Source: Hypanus sabinus
Lineage: Eukaryota
Direction: 5' to 3'
Assembly: GCF_030144855.1 (NCBI RefSeq)
Contig: NC_082717.1
Coordinates: 59,024,001 to 59,088,000, forward strand
DNA: 64,000 nt
Shown here: positions 11,096 to 23,367 of the stretch, piece by piece
How positions within the stretch are numbered: the stretch's first letter is position 1
Layout of the letters: the number at the start of each line of letters is the position of its first letter
Notes under the pieces: model-generated
What the model saw: the letters and a program-made list of their open reading frames with translations, nothing else
Told to the model about the DNA's origin: nothing
The model's database searches: none
Program-made: the position numbers and the translations under genes

Positions 11096-14000
11096 TATTT
11101 GAGACAAACACCATTGGGGGCATTTAGCCCATTGAATCTGCTCCACCATTTCATCATGGCTGATCCAATTTTCCTCTCAGCCCTAATCTCCTGCCTTCTC
11201 CCCGTATCCCTTCATACACTGACCAATCAAGAATCTATCAACCTCTCCCTTAAATATACATGACTTCCACAGCTGCCTGTTGCAAAATAGTTCCACAGAT
11301 TCACCACTCTCTGGCTAAAGAAATTCAATCTCATCTCCATTCTGAAAGGATACCCCTCTATTCTGAGGAGGTGTCTTCTGCTCTTACACTCTCCCACCAT
11401 TGAAAATATCGTCTCTACATCCACTCTATCAAAGCCTTTCACCATTCGACAGGTTTCAATGAGATCATCCCACATTCTTCTGAATTCTAGTGAATACAGG
11501 CCCAAAGCCATCAAATGCTCTTCATATGTCAAGCCATTCAATCCTGGAGTCAATTTTGTGAACCTTCTACAAACCCTCTCCAGTTTCAGCACATCCTTTC
11601 TTAGATAAAGCGCACAAACCTGCTCACAATACTCCAAGTGAGGTCTCACCAGTGCTTTATAAAGTTTCAACATTACATCCTTTCTTTTATATTCTAGTCT
11701 TCTTGAAAAGAATACTAACACTGCGTTTGCCTTCCTCACCACAGACTCAACCTGCAAATTAATCTTTAGGGAATCCTGCACAAGGACTCACAAGTCCCTT
11801 TACATCTTAGTTTTTAGAAAATAGTCAACCCTTTCATTTCTTCTACCAAAGCACATGATCATACACTTCCCATTTCTGTATTCCATCTGCCATTTCTCTG
11901 CCCAATTCTCCTAATCTGTCTAAGTCCTTCTATAGCCTCTCTACTTTCTCAAGGCTACCTGCCCCTCCACCTGTCTTCATATCATCTGCAAACTTTGCAA
12001 CAAAGCCATCAATTCCATCATCCAAATCATTGACATATAACATAGAACAAGTCAGTCTCAACACAGACCCCTGTGGAACACCACTAGTCACTGGCAGCCA
12101 GTCAAACAAGGCTCCCTTTATTTCCACTCTTTGCCTGCTGCCAATCAGCCACAGTTTATCCATGTTAGAATCTTTTCAGTAATATCATGGGCTCATAGCT
12201 TGTTAAGTAACCTCATGTGTGGCACCTTCTCAAAGGTTTTCTGAAAATCTCATTGTCCATCATTACTACCTCTCCAGCAAATTTTCTGGTATTCCAATAT
12301 CCACTCTTACCCCTCCTTTACATTTTATGTATTAGAAGAAACTTTTGGTATCCTCTTTAATATTATTGGCTAGCCAGCTTACTTTCCTATTCCATCTTTA
12401 TGTTCTTGATGACTTTTTTAGTTGCTTTCTGTTGGTGTTTAAAAGCTTCCCAATCCTCTAACTTCCCATAAATCTTTGCTCTATTATATACCCTCCTTTT
12501 GGCTTTCATGTTGGCTTTGACGTCTCTTGTTAGCCATGGTTGTGTCACCTTTCCTTCTGAATACTTCTTCTTTGGGATATATATATCCTGTGCTTTCTGA
12601 ATTGCTTCCAGAAATTCCAGCCATGGCTGCTCTGCCACCATCCCTGCCAGTGTTCTTTTCCAATCAATTCTGGCCAACTCCTCTCTCATGCCTCTGTAAT
12701 TCCCTTTACTCCACTGTAATACTGATACATCTGACTTTAGCTTCTCCTTCTCAAATTTCAGGGTGAAATTCGATCATGTTGTGATTACTTTCCCGTAAGG
12801 GTTCTTTTACCTTTAGCCCTCTGACCAATTCTAGTTCACCTTACAACACCTAATCCAGAATAACATTGCCCTTTTGGCATTCATTTTCTTTCTCCCATTG
12901 TAATTTGTAGGCCACATCCTTACTACTGTTTGGGGGTCTGTATACAACTCTCATCAGAGACTTTTTACCCTAACAATTCCTTAGCTCTGCCCACAATGAT
13001 TCAACGTCTTCCAACTCTATGTCACTTCTTTCGAATGATTTGATTTCATTTTTTACCAACAGAGCAACACTGCCCCCTCTGCCTTCCTGCCTATCCTTTT
13101 GTTACAACGAGTATCCATGGACCTTAAGCTCCCAGCATTAATCTTTCAGCCATGATTCTGTGATGGCTACATCATAGCTACCAATCTTCAACTGTGCTGC
13201 AAGTTCGTCGACCTTATTCTGTATACTGTGCGCATTCAGATGCAACACCTTCCGTCCTGTATTCACCTTTTTCAATTTTGTTGCACCATACTCGACCCTT
13301 TGATTCCTAACTTCGTCTGAGGTCTTACCAATTTCTGCATCCACAACCTGTCCACTAACTGTTTTGGCACCCTGGTTCCCATCCCCCTGCAACTCTAGTT
13401 TAGACCCCACTGTGCAGCATTAACAAACCTTCCTGCTCGTATATTAGCCCCCTGCCAGTTCAGATGCAAACCATCCCTTTTGTACAGGTCCCACCTTCAC
13501 TGGAAGAGAGCCCAATGATCTAAGTATCTTATGTCCTCCCTCCTACTGCTTAGCCGCCTATTAAAATGTATAACTTTCCTCATTCTGGCCTCACTAGCAA
13601 GTGGCACGGTAGCAATCCAGAGATCACAACCATGGAGATCCTGCCCTTTAACTTAGCACCTAACTCCCTTTGTAGAACCTCGTCACTCATCTTACCCATG
13701 TCATTGGTACCTACATGGACCACAACTTCTGGCTATTCACCCTTCCACTTAAGAGTGCTGAGGGGTCAGTCTCAGATACCATCCAGAAACCCCATCCTCG
13801 CCCACAGAACCTCCTCTCCGTTCCCCTAACACCATGTGCCTCTGCTCCCCACTTCCCAACTGAATCACAGAGACAGACTCAGACTTTCCTCCGACAGGTC
13901 ATTCCCCCTGATGGTATCCAAAGTGATAAACCTGTTGTTGAGGGGGATGCACTGTCTCCTTAACCCCTTTCCCCTTCCTGACAGTCACCCAGTCTCCTGT

Positions 14001-14340
14001 GTCTTGCATCTTGGGTGTAACTATCTCTCTATATGACCTACCTATCACCAACTCCTTAACACAGTTTGTTAGAAGCTGCAGCTGGATGCACATCCCACAG
14101 ATGTGGTGGTCAGGGATACCAGAGGTCTTCCTGCCTTCCCACATCCACAAGAGGGGCATTGCACGATCCTGCCTGTCAGCTCTACCTGCCTTCCTTTAAT
14201 TTGGTTTTACTAATTAATCCCAAACACTGAATAGCCACTGGTCAAAGCTCTATTATGTTGCCCTTTATCCTTGGGCAGTGGACTTAATTGAAGTCCCCTC
14301 CTCTCCAAACTTCTAATGTCCGGATTGGCTGCTAGTCGAA
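11095..14340 (-). mobile_element. Near full-length degenerate CR1 LINE (ORF1 zinc-finger/esterase plus ORF2 APE-RT, with internal deletions)
   Basis: ORF pieces DHHICGMCIQLQLL (ORF1), LNAHSIQNKVDEL..AITESWL (APE), [14 protein letters not shown] (RT), LVRPHLEYC. Confidence 0.9.
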
Positions 14341-14384
14341 GCTCTATCCCCAATACCTTCCACAGCTATGATAACGTAAAGGAA

Positions 14385-15180
14385 AATGACACAAGTATTG
14401 TTGGCAGAATTTCAGATGGTGATGAGGAGTGAAATAGATCAGCTGTTTGAGTGGTGTCATAACAACCTTGCACTCAAAGTCAGTTTGACTAAGGAATTGA
14501 TTGTGGAAGGGGAAGTTGAGGGAACACACACCAGTCCTCATCGAGAGATCAGCAGTGGAAAGGGTGAGCAGTTTCAAATTCCTGAGTGTCGACATCTCTG
14601 AGGACCTATCCTGCGTTCAACATATTGATGCAACCACAAAGGAGTGATATCAGCAGTTATATTTCATCAAGGCTTTGAGGAGACTTGGCACGGCACCAAA
14701 TACTCTCAGAAATTTTGACACGTACTGTTGAGAGCATTCTAACTGGTTGCATCATGGTCTGGAATGGAGGGGTGACTGCACAGGATTAGAAAAAGCTGCA
14801 GGAAGTTGTAAACTCAGCCAGCTCCGTCGTGGGCACTAGTCTCCCCAGCACCGAGGACACCTTCAAAAGAGGTACCATCCGTAATGAAGGGGCCCCATCA
14901 CCCAGGACATGCCCTCTTATTGCTACCATCAAGGAGAAGGTACAGAAGCCTGAAGACACACACTCAATGCTTTAGGAACAGCTTCTTCCCGTCTGCCATC
15001 AGATTTCTGAATGGACAATGAACCCATGTACACTCTCTATATATTTTTTTTGCTCTCTTTTTTCCCACTACTTATTTGTCTTGTTTGAATATATTTCTTA
15101 TTGTAATTTATAGTTTTTTATTATGTATTGCAGTGTTCTGCTACCACACAACGTATGCCAGTGATATTAACCCTGATTCT
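14385..15180 (+). mobile_element. Rex1/Babar LINE, right part including 3' tail
   Basis: EIDQLFEWCHNNLAL.V..TKELIV; 'aggaacagcttcttcccgtctgccatcagatttctgaatgg' and terminal 'gatattaaccctgattctga'. Confidence 0.8.
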
Positions 15181-15479
15181 GAGATCCCGTGTTCTGCTTT
15201 AAAGCAGTGGCTCAGCTCCATTATGTCCACACTTTAAATAAAAATGGAAGCAAGGATAAGAACTGGCAAGATAATGGGAGGGTATAGCATCATCTCAAGA
15301 ATTAAGTTTACTTGTCATGTGTACATTGAAATTTTCAGTGAAATGCTTTATTTGCATTAACAACCAAAACGCCCAAGGGTGTGCTGGGAGGCAGCCCTCA
15401 AATATTGCTACATATTCCGGAACCAACATAGCACACTCATAATAGTCGGAACAAGACAGGACACTAACAATCTCTGACG

Positions 15480-16270
15480 ACCTACTGATCAGTCTGACCT
15501 CACCTATTCCACACTTGGCTCTCTGTTCTCCATGGAGTTCTTTGATGTCGTTGATGTAAAACATGCCAAGTTCCATGCTTCAGTTTACCACCACTTCTCC
15601 ATGTTCCACTACTTCCTCAGACTTTCCATGCTGCTTCTCTGTCATCCAGTATCCGACAAGCTGACGCTTTCTCTACTTGTACACTGGGTAATATTCTTCA
15701 GTTCCCGACCAAAACTTGTACTGGCACAGTCTCAGGTTCATGCGTCCGTTTACCAGCCTTGGTGTTGAATCTAACTCTGTACTGTACTTCCAATCTCATA
15801 AGCACTTCAACGTGTTGACCCTCCATTTCCACCTTTGTGATATTTGCCTTTATCCACCCTACGACAGTTTCTCTGACGTCGCACATTCAACTACGCCTTT
15901 AGGAGTCCAAATCCTCCTTAAATTCAAACTCATCCTTGGCACCAATGCCTTTAACACAAATCAGATTGTCCATTCATTCATCCTTACTGACTTGCATTGT
16001 GTCCTGCTCCAGCAAGGGCTTAGTTTTAAATTCCTTATCCTCAAGTTCCAATCACATTCAATAGCCATCACTCCATACTTATTCCTCACTCCAATTCTAC
16101 AACACCATGAGTGACACCAATTTCTGATCTGCAGCATACACCCTATTTAATAAAATAATTGCATCACCATGGCCACCATTCTATGCCACCACCACTAGAG
16201 TGCTCTCAAATTCCTTTTCTAAACTTCCAACATTGCCATCTCTTTCTTCTTTTATGAAGTGCCTTCTAAA
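15480..16270 (+). mobile_element. Ancient L2-like LINE 3' relic
   Basis: ILTDLHCVLLQQGLSFKFLIL resembles the L2 ORF2 C-terminal motif (L..LHWLPV..R..FKIL). Confidence 0.5.
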
Positions 16271-16509
16271 TGCCTCTCTCCATGGTCCAAAATTTGAGAT
16301 AGAGTATTTGAATCATTTGAAACAGGACATGATAAAGGCAGCACACTGAGAAGCAACAAGTGACTTTGGACTCGAGCTGCTGGCATTGTATTTCAATAAT
16401 AAGTGACCTGTCACCCCTGAGGCATTGGTACAACAGGAGCATCAAAGTATCAAACAGCCTCCTGTAGCTGCGAATATTACACAACTTACCAAAGAAGTAA
16501 ACAAGAAAA

Positions 16510-16950
16510 TGGTATCATAATGCAAAGACTTCTATGAGGTGCAGAGAGGAGGATGAAGGCAAAGGTTGGAAAGTGATTAGTGGAGACACAAGGCTGCAGA
16601 TGCAGAAATCTGAAAAGCAAGGAAAGTGGAGCCAGATAGGGAAAGGATGATAGGTAGATGGAAGCAGGAGGAGAGGGGAACAAAACTATCTAATGTGGTG
16701 ATAGTGGGGAGGGGGGATAGTGACGTGGTGTGGTGTGGGAGTAAAGGCTGGTGAGAAACCCTAGGTGGATCAGGAGGGAGAAAAGAATACAGGTGAACTG
16801 GGTTATCTGAAATTGCTAAGCACAATGTTCATACCATTGGCCATAGACTACCAAATGGAATATGAGGCATTGTTCTAGCATTTTGTGTTTAGCCTTATCC
16901 TGGCTGTGAAGAAGGCCAAAGACAGACAGTTCGGTGCAGAAATGGGAAGG
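16510..16950 (-). mobile_element. Penelope-like 3' fragment
   Basis: Reverse copy of the pyrimidine-rich tail and 'EQCLIFHL' GIY-YIG C-terminus seen at ~5900-6300. Confidence 0.55.
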
Positions 16951-18234
16951 AGAATTCAAGTTCAAGTTGAAGTTTAACGGACATTTAACCATGTATATAG
17001 ATAAACGAAAGAGCGTTCCTCCAGGGACAAGGTGCAAAACATAGTACGTGCAGTCACACAGATCACACAACACATATAGTTAAGACAGCATTGTCACACA
17101 CAAAAAATTAGCACAGGTTTCTGAGTGCTATAGCCTGAAGACTGGTGATGCATGGGTTGTTGTCCTAGGGCCACGTTTCTGCAAGAACAAGTATGCAGTA
17201 GTTCCTGGGTCAGCTGCAGACGAAGATAATCCCACTTGTCTTCCAGAGAGTGAGCACTGGACAGCAGCTCTGACAACCCAGCACGAATTACAGCACACCC
17301 TCTGCACCTCTGTTCTCTCCCATGCTGCCTCCTGTGTCCCCTCCCTGGGGCAGCTTTAACAGGCAATGCTGTGGTACAAGTGCCTGGTCCGCGCATCAAC
17401 CCAAGGTCACCAAGCTCCACAGCCTTCAGTCTCACCAAAGAATCAACGAACCAGTGGTAAAATCGCAGTATTTTATATTACCAATATAACTGTCTGACAG
17501 GATCTCGCAATCACAGGAAAATCTTTTAAGACACACATTAGCACTACTTGCTGTACTTGGAGAGGCCACTGCGACCCAGTGCACTAGCATCTTACTGGAA
17601 ATGGCATGCAACTTGCAGACCAAACTGACTACTGCAGCCAAGACTTAGTCTGACTTTCATGAAGTAAAGGAGATAAAGTCATAAGGTATTATGATACCAG
17701 GACAAGAGACACAAGTAAAGTTACATGGTGCCTTGTATAAAAATGACTCAAAATTATGAATAAAAATCAAGTCAGGTTCTCCTCTGTTAAAAAAGCTATT
17801 CCTAACATGATCCTTAAAAATTCCAAAGCATGGAAAACAAAGGGAACTGCTCCTGAAAGAGGAACACATGAAGGTATTAAATTGGTTTATCGAAAACACA
17901 TCCATCTTTGAGTTAGAAATCGTCTCAAAGGTACATTTAATGTCAGAGAGATGTATACATATACATCCTGAAATTCTTTTTCTTCTACAGTAAATCTGAG
18001 CACATTGAGAATACCTTATAATATAAAGAAATGTTTGCCATACTGCTTAACAGACACAAGACCATTGGTGAATATGAAAGGAGGAGTTTTAAAGTATAGT
18101 GCTCGTAGGTCTATAATGGATTCTAAGGAGAGGGTGGGCTGTGAGGAAAATAGTGAGCCAGGTAGAATGGGGAAAAAAAAGAGGATTTTACAACACATTA
18201 AAAATTTTCAAATGTAAGAAAAACATGCAGAAAC

Positions 18235-18360
18235 CTTGGAAGAAAGTCTGTATGTGGCTTGGTTTCCCACGCAACAGAATCGCAGCACACATCGAGGGCA
18301 GGATCCAGCCCGGAGCAGTGCCTGGACCACAGTTTTGTTCTTTTTAGTTAATGGAAGCAT
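18235..18360 (-). CDS. PUS10: PUS10 first coding exon (ATG at 18360)
   Basis: 126 bp MLPLTKKNKTVVQALLRAGSCPRCVLRFCCVGNQATYRLSSK|GT vs recalled human MFPLTEENKHVAQLLLNTGTCPRCIFRFC; candidate upstream acceptor ttttgccttcAG at 18380-18381. Confidence 0.95.
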
Positions 18361-19144
18361 GACTTTGACTCCTGTTCAACTGAAGGCAAAAGCATTATTA
18401 AATATCAAAGAAATGCTCAAAAATAGCTACATCCTTTAATACTTTCCAAAAGCAATCCAGTTACATCAATACCATTAGAAATAAATAATTTGAAGTGTTT
18501 TCATTTTGCTTCTATGTGCTCTTCAGTTACAATTTTTCCTGTTACAGTTTTAATCAAGGGATACCTATGCAATTTGCAACCCTAAATCATCCATTCTGGA
18601 AGCCGGTCAAATCTGTATCAACATATTGTTCTATACCGAGCTCACATACATGCTAGAAAACTGCAATGAAACTGCTTGCATTTCTCCGATCAGTAGGGGA
18701 AATCATTTTGTATATGGAATTCTTTTTCACCAAAAGAACATTCCATTTTGACTGAACTTGATTTATTTCTTTATGGTTCATACCTTCAATGATAGAGCCA
18801 GCATCTATTAACCACCTGTGCTTTTGCTGCAATTCACGCGATGAAGGCACCCTCTCAGTGCTTTTAGCCAGCGGATGTAAATGCCCCATTGAAAAGTGAA
18901 CAATACCCATTGTGCAGGAAAATCTATACTTGGCAATAGATCTGCAAGTGTGTGCCTGCCATGAACTTACTGCTATTGTCCTTCCAGGTTTTCTGGAAGA
19001 AACTACTGCAGCAAGCAGTAAGGACAGAATGTTGTCAGAGGGACAGTCACAAAAGAAGTCAATAGTTATGGTGGAAAACTGATTGCTGGTCAGTTTTTTT
19101 TTGGTGTTAAAATTCTTGAACATTATTTGGGCTGCATGGAATGG

Positions 19145-20850
19145 CTTCACTAGGGAAGACACAAACAATCTCCCAGATGTAATAGTGGCCAAAGGAACTG
19201 AAGGAACTAAAGGATGAACTGAAGGAAATTTATTTTAGGCAAGAAACGGTGTTCGATAGACTGTTGAGTCTGAAGGCTGATAAGTCCCCGGGACCTGATG
19301 GTCTGCATCCCAGCGTACTTAAAGAGGTGGCTCTAGAAATCGTGGACACATTGGTAATCATTTTCCAATGTTCTATAGATTCAGGAACAGTTCCTGCTGA
19401 TTGGAGGGTGGCTAATGTTGTCCCACTTTTCAAGAAAGGAGGGAGAGAGATAACAGGGAATTATAGACCGGTTTGCCTGATGTCAGTGGTGGGAAAGATG
19501 CTGGAGTCAATCATAAAAGAGGAAATTACGACACATTTGGATAGCAGTAGAAGGATCAGTCCGAGTCAGCATGGATTTATGAAGGGAAAATCATGCTTGA
19601 CTAGTCTTCTGGAGTTTTTTGAGGATGTAATTATGAAAATGGACAGGGGAGATCCAGTGGATATAGTGAACCTGGACTTCCAGAAAGCTTTTGATAAAGT
19701 TCCACATAGGAGATTAGTGGGCAAAATTAGGGCACACGGTATTGGGGGCAAAATACTGACATGGATTGAAAATTGGCTGGCTGACAGGAAACAAAGAGTA
19801 GCGATTAACGGGTCCCTTTCGGAAGGGATGGCTGTGACCAGTGGGGTACCGCAAGGTTCGGTGCTGGGACCGCAGCTGTTTACAATATACATCAATGATT
19901 TAGATGAAGGGATTAGAAGTAACGTTAGCGAATTTGCTGATGACACAAAGCTGAGTGGCAGTGTGAAATGTCAGGAGGATGTTATGAGAATGCAGGGTGA
20001 CTTGAACAGGTTGGGTGAGTGGGCAAATGTATGGCAAATGCAGTTTAATGTGGATAAATGTGAAGTTATCCACTTTGGTGGCAAGAACAGGAAGGCAGAT
20101 TACTATCTAAATGGCGTCAAGTTAGGAAAAGGGGAAGTACAACAAGATCTAGGTGTTCTTGTCCATCAGTCAATGAAAGCAAGCATGCAGGTACAGCAGG
20201 CAGTGAAGAAAGCTAATGGCATGCTGGCCTTTATAACAAGAGGAATTGAGTATAGGAGTAAAGAGGTCCTTCTACAGCTGTACAGGGCCCTGGTGAGACC
20301 CCACCTGGAGTATTGTGTGAAGTTTTGGTCGCCAAATTTGAGGAAGGACATTCTTGCTATTGAGGGAGTGCAGCGTAGATTCACAAGGTTAATTCCCAGA
20401 ATGGCGGGACTGTCATATGTTGAAAGATTGGAGCAACTGGGCTTGTATACACTGGAATTTAGAAGGATGAGAGGGGATCTGATTGAAACATATAAGATTA
20501 TTAAGGGATTGGACACGCTGGAGGCAGGAAGCATGTTCCCGCTGATGGGTGAGTCCAGAACTAGAGGCCACAGTTTAAGAATAAGGGGTAGGCCATTTAG
20601 AACAGAGATGCAGAAAAAATTTTTCACCCAGAGAGTGGTGGATATGTGGAATGCTCTGCCCCAGAAGGCAAGTCTCTGGATGCATTCAAGAGAGAGTTAG
20701 ATAGAGCTCTTAAAGATAGCAGGGTCAAGGGATATGGGGAGAGGGCAGGAACGGGGTACTTATTGTGTATGATCAGCCATGATCACAGTGAATGGTGGTG
20801 CTGGCTAGAAGGGCCGAATGGCCTACTCCTGCACCTACTGTCTATTGGCT
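19145..20850 (+). mobile_element. Young 5'-truncated CR1 LINE with uninterrupted 483-aa RT ORF (19249-20700)
   Basis: [57 protein letters not shown]; CR1 3' UTR ending CTACTGTCTATTG. Confidence 0.95.
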
Positions 20851-21324
20851 TTAAGAGCTGGAAGGTGGGTCACTGGTCATAGCCTTTTTCTATTCTTGCA
20901 GTTTTCTGTCCAGTGACTCACGACATTAACGGTGGTTATTACCATTGATGGTTACTGCCTGGAAAATATGGCACAAATATAATTTGCCACTTATCAGCTC
21001 ATGTTTTAATGCTTGCCATCCAGGTTTGGTTGCATGCAAAAAATTTTCATACCTTTCTGCTGCAGATCCTCTATTCCTATTCCCCTCTAAATATATTACC
21101 TTTTCACTTTCAGTTGTTCTTTATTCTGCTTTCACCATGCTATCTGGTGGCGTATTATACATCCTGGCAACCCAATGCATTCAAAACCAAAGGTGAATTT
21201 ATCCTGATTCGAATTGGATTTAAAATCATATCCTCCTGTACCAACTAAAATCCGAACTTTCCACTAATTTTAAGACTGTCCTCTCACTGTGACAACTTGG
21301 AGGAATCAGCTAAAATAAAAATTC

Positions 21325-22680
21325 TAAGTTCAATGTAAATTTTTATTATCAAAGTACATATATGTGATTATTTACTACCTTGAGATTTATTTTCTTGCAG
21401 GCATTTACAGGAAAATAAGGAAATAAAATAGAATTTATGAAAACTATAAATAAAAACTGACAAACACTGGGCAAAAGAAGACAAATTGTGCAAATAAAAA
21501 ACCAATACTGTGAACACGAGTTGTAAGGAGTCCTTGAAAGTGAGTCTGTAGAATCATTTTTGAGTGTGGTGAGTGGAGTTATTCACAACTGATAAGGAGC
21601 TCGACAGCTGTAGGATAATAATTGTCCCTGAACCTGATGGTGTGGGGTCTAAGTTTCTGTACCTCCTGCTTGATGGTAGTAACAAGAAGAGAGCATGGCC
21701 TGGATAATGGAATGATGAAGGAAGCTGCTTTCTTATGGCAGCTCTCCATGTGAACGTGTTCAATGGTGGGGAGGATTTTGTCTATGATGGACTGGGCTGT
21801 ATCCATTACTTTTTGTACTCTATACCTAACCACGATGCAATCCACTTGGCATCAATAGAAGTTTATCAACATTTTTGGTGACATGCTGAATCTATGCAAA
21901 CTTCCAAGAAAATAGAGGCGCTGGCATGCCTTCTTTATAATGACATTTATGTGCTGGTCCTAGGACAGATACTTTGAAATGATAATGTCAAGTAGTTTTA
22001 AACTACTGATCCTCTCCACCTCCATCCCTGATGAGGACGGGCTTATAGGCATCTGGCTTCTTCCTCTTGTAGCTGATAATCAGCTCTTTAGTTTTTCTGA
22101 CATTAAGTGAGAGGTTGTTGTTGTGGCACCACTGAACCAGATTTTCAATCAGCCCCCCCCCCACCCCCACCATTTGCTGATTCATCACCAGCTCTGATTC
22201 ACCTAACAACAGAGGTGTCATCAAAAAAACTTAAAATATGGTATTGGAGCTGTACATTCATAGGTATAAAGTGAGTAAATCAGGGGGCTATGCTCACAGC
22301 ATTGTGGAGGTGATATGGCTAATCCCCAGTACTGATCAAGGTCTGCCTGTAAGGGAATCGAGGGTGCACTTGCACAGGGAGGTTTTGAGGCCCAGGTCTT
22401 CCAGCTTAGTAATGAGTTTGGAGGAGATGATAGTGTTGAATGTTGAGCTGTTGTCAATGAAGAGCATCCTGAACCTTGTGGTGTGGGATCTTCACTGTCC
22501 AGATGTTCCAGAGCTCAGTGAAGGCCCAACGAAACGGCACCTGCTGTTGACCTGTTGTGACGGTAGGTAGACTGGACCGCATCTAGGCCACTCCTAAGGC
22601 AGGAGGTGATATGCTTCGTGACCAACCTCTCGAAGCACTTCATCACAGTGGCTGTAATGCTACTAGTCATTGAGGCAGGC
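21325..22680 (-). mobile_element. Degenerate Rex1/Babar LINE
   Basis: LVQWCHNNNLSLNVRKTKELII, SPLIYSLYTYECTA, RFRDNYYP motifs. Confidence 0.8.
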
Positions 22681-22949
22681 TACAATGTGGAATAGATTGT
22701 GAGTTTAGGTATCGTCTTATCATCTTCAATAGTATCATCTTTCAGGCATAAATACTATCGCAGCTGGTTAACCACTCAGGCACTTATTAATAACGGTCTA
22801 CGCTCAGAATTTATTGAAGTTCTTCACGTGTGGGTATCACACCGTTATTTGCATATTTTTATATTAGGTAGCAAAGCAACACACGTTGAAATGAATAAAT
22901 AATTATCCACGAGACAAATAAATTTTCATTTAAAGAAAGACATCACTAA

Positions 22950-23296
22950 AACTCACGTTACCTCAGCTACTTCCTACCTTGAAGATCGGAGTAACCCAGT
23001 ACCCGGAAGTGATGTTCTCAGTGAGTCACTGGATCCAGGTTTCCATGTATCGCCAAGTCCTATTGGGCGCCCGGCCGACCAGCGCCGATGCGTCTCGATC
23101 TTCTATTGGACAATGCTCACGCTCGGCTGTGTCATTCGAGGCTGCTCTCCGTTCGGATGTGTCTTTGCTTTCCATTGGCTCGTGTTTCAGGGTTCCATTG
23201 GCTCGTGTTTCAGGGTTCCATTGGCTGTACGGGAGAGTTATTGAAGCTAGAAGTGCGGAGAGGTCGTATCGACCGAATGTTTTTAGAGCAAAGATA
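22950..23296. promoter_or_regulatory. Bidirectional CpG-rich PUS10/PEX13 promoter with candidate PUS10 non-coding exon 1 donor
   Basis: CpG-rich; ETS site CCGGAAGTG at 23002-23010; five ATTGG (CCAAT) boxes; minus-strand donor GAG|GTAACG at ~22961; the head-to-head arrangement is also known in human. Confidence 0.75.
23170..23226. repeat. 23-bp tandem repeat (about 2.5 copies), each unit with an ATTGG box
   Basis: TTCCATTGGCTCGTGTTTCAGGG x2 followed by TTCCATTGGCT. Confidence 0.95.
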
Positions 23297-23367
23297 ATGG
23301 GATCACAGCCACCACCAAAACCCTGGGAAAGACGGATCCCGGGAAATATCAGTGTCCCGTCCTTCCA
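23297..23367 (+). CDS. PEX13: PEX13 exon 1
   Basis: MGSQPPPKPWERRIPGNISVPSF-CA|GTAAGT; PPKPWE is the conserved PEX13 N-terminal motif; phase 2. Confidence 0.95.

Noticed and set aside
18653-19192. 179-aa minus-strand ORF in PUS10 intron 1
   Set aside because: Non-ATG start inside the CR1 boundary, no recognisable motifs or coding-like composition
19566-20627. Antisense ORFs over CR1 RT copies
   Set aside because: Common shadow ORFs of CR1 ORF2, not independent genes
23170-23226. Short direct repeats considered as CRISPR-like
   Set aside because: Perfect tandem units without unique spacers, in a eukaryotic promoter with no cas genes
22979-23296. 106-codon open frame upstream of and in frame with the PEX13 ATG (possible N-terminal extension)
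   Set aside because: It runs through the CpG promoter and a 23-bp (non-triplet) tandem repeat; known PEX13 proteins start at MxSQPPP; openness is probably chance in GC-rich DNA
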